From a bacterium (GTDB lineage Bacteria > SZUA-182 > DTGQ01 > JAFGSM01): a stretch of DNA of 14,007 bases. The notes beneath the pieces are model-generated. The model did no database searches. It was not told the origin of the DNA and saw only the letters and a list, made by a program, of their open reading frames with translations. Of this stretch, positions 7,466 to 14,007 are shown piece by piece (the stretch's first letter is position 1; each line of letters starts with the position of its first letter). Made by a program: the position numbers and the translations under genes. Where the stretch lies: positions 1 to 14,007 of the forward strand of contig JBLIRP010000093.1 of NCBI GenBank assembly GCA_049472355.1, read 5' to 3'.

Positions 7466-8493
7466 GGTGTACCCCCTTTCGCCACCTTGTCATCCAGTTG
7501 CAGGAGGGGCAGAATGCCTCCCACATCCGGGTCCAGGATGTACTTTCTGCCCACCTTCGGCAGGATGGTATTGAACGTCTCCAGGTAGATGCGCAGCCTG
7601 GTCACCTCGGGCGCCTTTCTGTATTCCTCGAACATGGCGTTGAACAGCGCCACATCCCCCTGTGATCGATTGACCCGGTCCAGTGCATACCCCTCCGCCT
7701 GCTGGATGGTTTGCTCCGCCTCGCCCTTCGCCCTGGGTATGATGCGGTTGTACTCCGACAGGGCCTGGTTGATCAGCTTCTCCTTGTCCTGCTGCGCCTC
7801 GTTCACCTCGTTGAACGACGGCTTCACCGGGTCGGGAGGGGTCACATCCTGGAGCACCACCTGCTCGACCCGTATCCCGGTCTCATACTGATCGCACAAC
7901 TCCTGGAGCCGTTTCTCCACCTCGGTCGCTATCTCCTGCCTGCCCACGGTCAACACCTCATTCACGGTGCGGTCGCCCACCACCTCCCGCATCATCGCCT
8001 CGGACATGTCCCTCAATGTTTGGGTGCTGTTGCGCACCTTAAAGAGGTAACGATAGGGATCGTTGATGCGGAACTGGATGATCCATTCCACCGATGCCAC
8101 ATTCAGGTCGCCGGTCAGCATGAGGGACTCCTCGTCGTATCGTTGGGCGGAGTACTGGGTCACCACCCCCGCCTTGATCGTGCGAAATCCGAATTCCTGC
8201 TTGAGCTGGCGCTGGACAGGCACCTTGTCCACCTGTTCAATCAAGAAGGGGTATTTGAAGTGCAGGCCGGGATCCACCACCCGGTTGTATCTGCCGAAGC
8301 GGAGGATCACCCCCACCTCCTCGGGCCCGACGGTGAACCAGACGGTGAGCACAAAGGCGAGGATCAGGATAACCAGTGCAACGCCGGTCAAGCCCCCCAA
8401 TGAAAACTTGAACCGTTTGAGCCATTGATTGAAATCGGGGTTGCGTACGTTAAACATGCCTCCCTCATGGCGTGAGGGCAGATCGTTTCTCAT
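7462..8493 (-). CDS. hflK: FtsH protease activity modulator HflK (SPFH), 343 aa
   Basis: TM helix, EVGVILRFG, PGLHFKYP, MLTGDLN, LQDVTPPDPVKPSFNEVNEAQQ, IPRAKGEA, APEVTRLRIYLET; SD AAGGAG 7 nt before ATG 8493. Confidence 0.96.
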   Translation of the reverse strand: MRNDLPSRHEGGMFNVRNPDFNQWLKRFKFSLGGLTGVALVILILAFVLTVWFTVGPEEVGVILRFGRYNRVVDPGLHFKYPFLIEQVDKVPVQRQLKQEFGFRTIKAGVVTQYSAQRYDEESLMLTGDLNVASVEWIIQFRINDPYRYLFKVRNSTQTLRDMSEAMMREVVGDRTVNEVLTVGRQEIATEVEKRLQELCDQYETGIRVEQVVLQDVTPPDPVKPSFNEVNEAQQDKEKLINQALSEYNRIIPRAKGEAEQTIQQAEGYALDRVNRSQGDVALFNAMFEEYRKAPEVTRLRIYLETFNTILPKVGRKYILDPDVGGILPLLQLDDKVAKGGTP

Positions 8494-10507
8494 CGCTTTT
8501 CTCCTTCCTTTTTTTGGGATGGCCCATAAAGGAATGCCTTCCCTTCGATTTGATAGTTGTCACGTCTTCATGATTCATTATGCGTATTCCCCCCTTCTCA
8601 TCCGTCACCGCGCCGAATCCGGTGACCCGCCATCCGTCATTGCCTGTGCCGACGATCCCCTGCTCCTCGCCGGCCTGTCCGGTTGTGATCCCCGCATCCT
8701 TCAGCAGGAGGAGTCCCTTTTTGCCGGGAGCAAGGTCCTGCATGGTATCGGGATCCACCACCCCTATCGAAAGCTCCCGGAGGGGAGCCCCGAAGACAAT
8801 GGCCACCGGGGTTCGGAAACCCGGGAACCCTCCCTTTGCCCGTTCCAGGTGCACCGGGACAACGGAGAGGGCGTTTCCCCGACCATTGGAGGATTCCGTG
8901 TGGGCGTGGGGGAGCACACGGTCGGCGCCGGTCGTTCCCCCCTCATAAAAAAGGCATACCAGTTCTCCTTTTTGTGCCCCCCTGGTTGCCGCGCTCAGGG
9001 AGTGAAGGAGGGCCGGGAGGGGATTGTCCCCTTCAACACGGGTCACCCTCATGAGGTGATAGCGTGGCGAGAGGGGCCACGTTTGGAAACAGGCACGCTG
9101 AATGAAAAAACTAACCGGGTCCTGGATACACGCAGTGATCAGGAATGCGTCGAGTGCGGAGGGGCAGCCGGTCCGCACCAGGATTCCCTTGCCCGGAGAG
9201 GGGATATGTTCGTTTCCGATTATCCTGCATCTGTAAACGGAATGGGCAAGGAGCCAGGCCAGGGAGCGTATCAAAAAATCGGGGTACAGGACGATGAACA
9301 GGGATACGACAACGAGCGGGGACACGCCCAGGAGTACAAACACGGCCGGAGTATCCAGCCCCAACACCTGGGTGACGAGAAAGAAGATGACCGCTGAGGA
9401 CAGTATTCCGCTGAAGCTCAGGAAATGCTCGAGTCCGAGTATCCTGCCCAGGGATTCACCAGGGCTCAGCCGCTGGATGGACGCGGTGAGGGGGATGACG
9501 AACAGCCCGCCGCTCGCGCCGAGCAGAAAGAGCAGGGAACCGGTAACCAGGGGGGAGGCAGGCGAGGATGCGGTGCACGAGAAGGAGAGGAGGAACGAAG
9601 AGGCCCCCATACCCAGGGCACCGAGCGGCACCAGCCCCGGTTCCACCTTCCTTCCCGAAAGCATCCCCGCAGAGAACCCTCCCAGCCCGATGCCGATTCC
9701 GAGTGCGGCGAGCAGGTAGGAGGTGGCGGCCTCGGTGAGTACCAGGGACTCCTCCGCATACAAAAGGAGGTTCATCTCGAACAGTGCCCCCGCCATCCAG
9801 AAGTACATCACCCCCATGATGGAGAAATACAGGGGACGATTTTTCCTGACCTCGATGAAGGTCCGGGTAAGGTCCTTCAGGAAATTGATTTCAAAGGGCC
9901 TGCCCGGATCGGCAGCCGGCATGTCCGGGATAAAGAGACTGGTGAATAGACCCAGCCCTGCGACGGCCATGAGGAATATCCCTGCCATGTCCATTCTGCC
10001 GTTCACCCATCCCATGAGCGAGCCGATCAGTGCGGTGCCCAGGATGATGCCGGTTGAGGTCCATAGCTGCAGAAGGCCGTTTGCCCGGGAAAGGTCTCCG
10101 TCGGATACCATCTCGGGGAGGATGCCGTACTTGGAGGGGCTGAACAGGGATGCCCGCGCCCCCATGCCCGCCAGGATCAGGAGGAGCAGGACCATGTCCT
10201 GCCGGGTGAGGGCGAGGAATGCCAGGAGCATGAGCACGATCTCCATAAACTTCGCCCATACCATGACCTGTTTTTTGCTTAAACGGTCAGCCAGGTTCCC
10301 CGTATAGGAGGAAAAGAGGATAAGGGGGAGGAGGAAGAGTGCGCCTCCCAAACCGATCAGTTGACTTGCATGCGCAGGATTTACAATGACCTTGATCGCA
10401 AGGAGCGCAATGACGACCTTGAAGGCATTGTCATTGACCGCCCCGAAAAACTGGGAGGCCAGGTAGGCATTGAAGCGCCATGAATTCAGGGATAACGGAT
10501 GTTCCAT
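8465..10507 (-). CDS. LplT-like MFS transporter fused to degenerate acyltransferase and acyl-ACP synthetase remnants (truncated Aas-like), 680 aa
   Basis: QFFGAVNDNAFK, FSPSKYGILPE and ANGLLQ are LplT/Aas MFS motifs with about 12 TMs. These are followed by PlsC-like YRCRIIGNEHIP...LVCLFYEGG and AMP-binding-like VVDPDT..L.PG..GLLLLK and DGWRVTG. Confidence 0.85.
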   Translation of the reverse strand: MEHPLSLNSWRFNAYLASQFFGAVNDNAFKVVIALLAIKVIVNPAHASQLIGLGGALFLLPLILFSSYTGNLADRLSKKQVMVWAKFMEIVLMLLAFLALTRQDMVLLLLILAGMGARASLFSPSKYGILPEMVSDGDLSRANGLLQLWTSTGIILGTALIGSLMGWVNGRMDMAGIFLMAVAGLGLFTSLFIPDMPAADPGRPFEINFLKDLTRTFIEVRKNRPLYFSIMGVMYFWMAGALFEMNLLLYAEESLVLTEAATSYLLAALGIGIGLGGFSAGMLSGRKVEPGLVPLGALGMGASSFLLSFSCTASSPASPLVTGSLLFLLGASGGLFVIPLTASIQRLSPGESLGRILGLEHFLSFSGILSSAVIFFLVTQVLGLDTPAVFVLLGVSPLVVVSLFIVLYPDFLIRSLAWLLAHSVYRCRIIGNEHIPSPGKGILVRTGCPSALDAFLITACIQDPVSFFIQRACFQTWPLSPRYHLMRVTRVEGDNPLPALLHSLSAATRGAQKGELVCLFYEGGTTGADRVLPHAHTESSNGRGNALSVVPVHLERAKGGFPGFRTPVAIVFGAPLRELSIGVVDPDTMQDLAPGKKGLLLLKDAGITTGQAGEEQGIVGTGNDGWRVTGFGAVTDEKGGIRIMNHEDVTTIKSKGRHSFMGHPKKRKEKSDEKRSALTP

Positions 10508-10636
10508 TGGTCCATGTCGGTCGAAATCATAGTCCCCTGTAAAATGCCATGGTGATCGACACCGTCTTTTTCGTGCACCCCTGTTCGCTCGGCTCGGCCT
10601 GCGCGGCGGGGATCACGGTGGTTGCTTACTATTCTC

Positions 10637-10661
10637 CGGGAAGGGGGCATCCCCCTTCCCG
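10637..10661. repeat. Perfect 11-bp GC-rich palindrome/hairpin in the MFS-hflKC leader
   Basis: CGGGAAGGGGG-CAT-CCCCCTTCCCG; no U tract. Confidence 0.7.
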
Positions 10662-10786
10662 TTATAACAAAGGTACGGATCACGGGTAAAGGCCGCCCAG
10701 ATCATGCCCCTGGGATCGAACATGGATGATGCGACGCACTAACTTCATTAACTCCTTCGTTCAATGGCGATATCTTCAGCGGCATA

Positions 10787-10816
10787 AGTATATGCACTAT
10801 GCCGCCGGCTTGTCAA
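10787..10816 (-). promoter_or_regulatory. sigma70 promoter for the MFS-hflK-hflC unit, overlapped by an operator-like inverted repeat
   Basis: Minus strand TTGACA-18 nt-TATACT. GCGGCATA-N11-TATGCCGC (10779-10805) brackets the -10. Confidence 0.65.
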
Positions 10817-10959
10817 TGAATGTGGTCTCAATCGTGACATCAATCCAGCGATTCCATTTTTCAAACCCGTATGCCGCATATGGGAACAAACGAACCCGCT
10901 CACGACGATACCATGTCAGGATCGAAATCGCCGACATCCATCTGAAATGTAGAGCGATC

Positions 10960-11571
10960 TCACCACCCCCTGCTATACTCTCCCGCGCATGGGATGCAGG
11001 CGACCTTTCCCTCCCGGAGGCGGGCTCGGGACTCCGCCACCTCCTCGCCGCAGAACCCACAGGTAACCGAGGTGAAAATCCTCGCCTTTTCCGGCAATTG
11101 CACATTTGTATGTTGGATCGCGAGTATTGTGTCCTCGGGCGCTTCCAGTATCCAGCGGGTGCGCTCCTCCCGCTGGCCTTTTATAAATTCCCGATCCTCC
11201 TCGGTGGCCTCACCCCTGGCAACGCGTTCCCGGACGGCGCGGGCCCTGTCGTCCTCGTCCCTCCTCCAATTCCCGCTCACGGTGATGCGCACCGCCTTGC
11301 CGCTGTTTCTGCACGCCAGTGTGTACACATGCTTGCCGAAATCCCGGAAGATCAGGTTCCCCTTGCCCAGGGTGCACCCGGTCAGAAACTGGACGGCGTC
11401 CACGCCGCAGGCATCGTTTTCAACGATGGCCGCCAGTTCCTCATCCTTGTCGCGTTCTCCGGCAATCTCCCGCAGTCCGGCCTTTGCGACACGAAAGCCG
11501 ATGGCCAACCCCGGGCATCTATGGCCGTGAAACTCGACGGCCCGTTCCCAATCGGTTTTTTCCGTACACAT
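10960..11571 (-). CDS. FmdE-family protein (formylmethanofuran dehydrogenase subunit E-like) with C-terminal C4 Zn finger, 203 aa
   Basis: FHGHRCPGLAIGFR, ENDACGVDAVQFLTGCTLGKGN, C-terminal CGFCGE...CIPC; SD AGGAGG. Confidence 0.92.
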   Translation of the reverse strand: MCTEKTDWERAVEFHGHRCPGLAIGFRVAKAGLREIAGERDKDEELAAIVENDACGVDAVQFLTGCTLGKGNLIFRDFGKHVYTLACRNSGKAVRITVSGNWRRDEDDRARAVRERVARGEATEEDREFIKGQREERTRWILEAPEDTILAIQHTNVQLPEKARIFTSVTCGFCGEEVAESRARLREGKVACIPCAGEYSRGW

Positions 11572-11628
11572 GTAGGTATCCCTCCTGTAATCTCATTCTA
11601 TGGTCTATTGTTTCATTATGAATCTTCC

Positions 11629-12819
11629 TTATGGCCGCTCTCCGCATGAACATCGCGCCGAAAGGTATCGTGCCAGACGGTCCATGCCCTCGGCGATATG
11701 CTCCAGGGAGGTGGCATAGGAAAAGCGGATGTACCCTTCCGCATTCTCGCCGAAGTCGATCCCAGGGGTGACCGCCACCCCGGCGTTTTCGAGCAGCTCG
11801 ATGGCGAATCCCATGGAATCGGAGGGGCAGAATCGCATGGCATTGGCGAGCACGTAAAAGGCGCCCGTGGGCTCCACCGTGATCCCGAATCCGATCTCCC
11901 TGATGCGCGGTATGATGTATTTCCTTCGTTCATTGTAGGTCGCCGCCATTTGCTTCACCGCCGCCCCTGCCTCCTCCATGGTGAGGGCTGCCAGCCCCGC
12001 ATACTGGACAAAGGAGTTGGGGGAGATGAAGAAATTCTGCTGGATGATCTGCATGGGACGGATGAAGGGCTCGGGCGCGATCAGATACCCCAGCCGCCAC
12101 CCGGTCATTGCATAGAGCTTGGAGAATCCGTTGATCACGAAGGCCTGGTCCGTATATTCCAGGATGGAGTGGGCCTGCCCCTCATACACCAGGCCGTGGT
12201 AGATCTCGTCGGATATCACCCAGGGGCTTAGGCGGCTTATCTCCTGCATTACTGCGGGGCTGAGGAGGTTCCCGGTGGGATTGGAGGGGGAATTGATGAT
12301 GATCCCCTTGGTCCGTTCGTTGATCTTCGAGCGGATCGCCGTGGTCCGGTACTGAAAACCATCCTCTTCGTACACCGGGACATTCACCGTCCTGCCTCCC
12401 ATGAAATGCACGAAACTTGGGTAGCAGGCATAGTGCGGATCGGAGAGGATCACCTCGTCCCCCGGGTTGAGCAGTGCTGCGAATATCAGGAACATGGCAG
12501 GGGAGGTGCCTGAGGTGACGATCACCTGATCGGGGTGCACGGTAACCGCGTAGTTTTTGCGGTATGCCGCGCAGATCGCCTCCCTCAGCTCCAGTATGCC
12601 CAGGCTGTGACTGTACTTGGTCTTTCCCTCCTGCATCGCAGTGATGGCCGCCTCGGTGATGCAGGGGGGGGTGTCGAAATCGGGCTCCCCCACCTCCAGG
12701 TGGATGATCCGCTTTCCCTCGCGCTCCAGCGCCGACGCCCGCTCCAGTATCTCCATGACCAGGAAGGGGGTTATGCCATGGGCCCGGTCGGAGATCACGA
12801 CCTTCCTATCCTCATGCAT
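11629..12819 (-). CDS. PLP-dependent aminotransferase class I/II (AspB-like), about 396 aa
   Basis: HLEVGEPDF, NSPSNPTG, ISDEIY, PLP-lysine motif GFSKLYAMTGWRLGY, GAFY, YIRFSYA. Start is ATG 12819 or TTG 12825. Confidence 0.93.
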   Translation of the reverse strand: MHEDRKVVISDRAHGITPFLVMEILERASALEREGKRIIHLEVGEPDFDTPPCITEAAITAMQEGKTKYSHSLGILELREAICAAYRKNYAVTVHPDQVIVTSGTSPAMFLIFAALLNPGDEVILSDPHYACYPSFVHFMGGRTVNVPVYEEDGFQYRTTAIRSKINERTKGIIINSPSNPTGNLLSPAVMQEISRLSPWVISDEIYHGLVYEGQAHSILEYTDQAFVINGFSKLYAMTGWRLGYLIAPEPFIRPMQIIQQNFFISPNSFVQYAGLAALTMEEAGAAVKQMAATYNERRKYIIPRIREIGFGITVEPTGAFYVLANAMRFCPSDSMGFAIELLENAGVAVTPGIDFGENAEGYIRFSYATSLEHIAEGMDRLARYLSARCSCGERP

Positions 12820-12856
12820 GAACAATCATTCCTCTTCTCCGTATGTCGCAACCTTC

Positions 12857-13672
12857 CTACCGGTTTTCCTCGTATCCCTTGTTGAGACGTTCCATTGCCT
12901 CGTCCGCGGACAGGCCCTCGTGCACCTGGTGGCTGATGACCCTGGTGATCAGGGTGGGATTCTTGTGCTGGAAGGCGTTCCTGCCTATGGACACCCCGGT
13001 TGCACCCGCCTCCATCGCCCCTTCGATCATGCGGAAGAGATCCATATCGGTCTCCACCTTTTCGCCGCCCGCGATCACCACCATGACCGAGCAGCCTTCC
13101 ACCACCCTCCGGAAGGTCTCGGGGTCGCCGGTGTAGTTCACCTTGACGATATCCGCACCGAGTTCCGCACCCACTCGCGCCGCGTGTTTTACCACGCTGA
13201 CGTCGAACTGGTTGGCGATCTTGGGGCCACGCGGATACATCATGGCGAGCAGGGGCATCCCCCAGAGGAAGCACCTGTCCGCGATCTCGCCAAGGTCCTT
13301 GAGCATCTGATCCTCGTTTTCCGCACCGAGATTGACGTGTATGGAAACCCCATCCGCACCCAGGCGGATGGCATGCTCGATGCTGGTCACCAGGACCTTG
13401 CTGTCCGGCCGCGGGCTGAGACTGGTGGATGCGGAGAGATGGATGATCAGCCCCAGGTCCTTTCCATAGCCCCGATGGCCGAACACCGCTGCCCCCTTGT
13501 GCACGATGGCGGCGTTGGCCCCTCCCTCGGCGATCTGGTTGGCTGCCACCGGGATGCTCACCAGCCCTTCAATCGGCCCCATGGTCACCCCGTGATCCAT
13601 AGGAACAATGACCGTTCGGTTGGTCTGCCGGTTCAATATACGGTCGAGCCGTATCTCCTTCCCGATCTGCAT
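12857..13672 (-). CDS. aroA': 2-amino-3,7-dideoxy-D-threo-hept-6-ulosonate (ADH) synthase / DhnA-type class I aldolase (MJ0400-like), 271 aa
   Basis: [38 protein letters not shown], Schiff-base [19 protein letters not shown] closely follow the recalled MJ0400 sequence. SD AAGGAG before ATG 13672. Confidence 0.88.
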   Translation of the reverse strand: MQIGKEIRLDRILNRQTNRTVIVPMDHGVTMGPIEGLVSIPVAANQIAEGGANAAIVHKGAAVFGHRGYGKDLGLIIHLSASTSLSPRPDSKVLVTSIEHAIRLGADGVSIHVNLGAENEDQMLKDLGEIADRCFLWGMPLLAMMYPRGPKIANQFDVSVVKHAARVGAELGADIVKVNYTGDPETFRRVVEGCSVMVVIAGGEKVETDMDLFRMIEGAMEAGATGVSIGRNAFQHKNPTLITRVISHQVHEGLSADEAMERLNKGYEENR

Positions 13673-13759
13673 AATGACTCCTTTCGAAAATCGCCTTATT
13701 ATATGGCTGCTTAGGGTAGGAATCGAGTCCTTATCCGGGAAATATCGTTGATTCCATAG

Positions 13760-13788
13760 ATAGTACCACCGGAGAGGGAAAAAGCCAA
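13760..13788 (-). promoter_or_regulatory. sigma70 promoter (extended -10) for the aldolase operon
   Basis: Minus strand TTGGCT-17 nt-TACTAT with TG-n preceding the -10. Confidence 0.55.
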
Positions 13789-13926
13789 GGAAAACGCAGC
13801 GCCCTGCCCGCACGGAAACGATAAAACCTATCCAAGCCTCCCAATGTGCATATGGGCATACGTTGTTGCAGTCTCGGGATATGAAGTTTCTTTTCCCGGC
13901 GGCCGAGATTAAGGGAAACAGGTTTT

Positions 13927-13954
13927 TTGATGTTTGCAGCAATGATGTTATAAT
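13927..13954 (+). promoter_or_regulatory. ssrA promoter
   Basis: TTGATG-16 nt-TATAAT with extended TG-n (TGTTATAAT), 11 nt before the mature tmRNA 5' end. Confidence 0.7.
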
Positions 13955-13965
13955 AGTAACTACAT

Positions 13966-14007
13966 GGGGGCGATACGGCTTCGACGGGGATAGTTGAGGT
14001 CAGGATC
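13966..14007 (+). ncRNA. ssrA: tmRNA (transfer-messenger RNA), 5' end only; runs off the window
   Basis: GGGGGCGATACGGCTTCGACGGGG matches the conserved tmRNA 5' tRNA-like domain (GGGGxxG...GGxTTCGAC), directly downstream of a strong promoter. Confidence 0.9.

Noticed and set aside
984..13714. Long antisense/overlapping ORFs (e.g. 984-1922, 7711-8403, 8429-9397, 10726-11649, 12617-13714 on +)
   Set aside because: Shadow frames of GC-rich genes, with no recognisable motifs or SDs.
13673..13942. 90-aa N-terminal extension of the aldolase ORF, including an aromatic-rich run ([18 protein letters not shown]) suggestive of an attenuator peptide
   Set aside because: Homology begins at MQIGKEIRL with a good SD. 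The run is in frame with no stop, has no SD-linked start, and overlaps the T-rich predicted promoter.

Overview
Bacterial chromosomal window with GC-rich genes and AT-rich intergenic blocks at 1-480 and about 2020-2520. The gene content suggests a Desulfobacterota/deltaproteobacterium-like anaerobe (inference). Left to right: a sigma54-type promoter pointing out of the window; a probable decayed IS1634-like transposase fragment; a secreted protein with about six BON domains (-); a PolB-like 3'-5' exonuclease (+); a small LITAF-like Zn-ribbon membrane protein (-); a 700-bp regulatory/structured intergenic region; and a 78-aa coiled-coil protein (+). A run of minus-strand genes follows: a membrane PHP-domain hydrolase, hflC, hflK, an LplT/Aas-like MFS fusion with collapsed enzymatic domains, an FmdE-family protein, a class I/II aminotransferase and an archaeal-type ADH synthase (MJ0400/AroA'-like aldolase). 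The window ends in the 5' end of tmRNA (ssrA, +). No CRISPR array, intact mobile element or clear defence system is visible. The most unusual items are: the in-frame-deleted, apparently catalytically dead Aas derivative overlapping hflKC; twin SD-GTG starts sharing one anti-SD in front of the PHP gene; candidate structured RNAs at 4241-4500; and the aroA'-aminotransferase-fmdE operon lacking aroB'. All family calls come from recalled motifs, not database searches.
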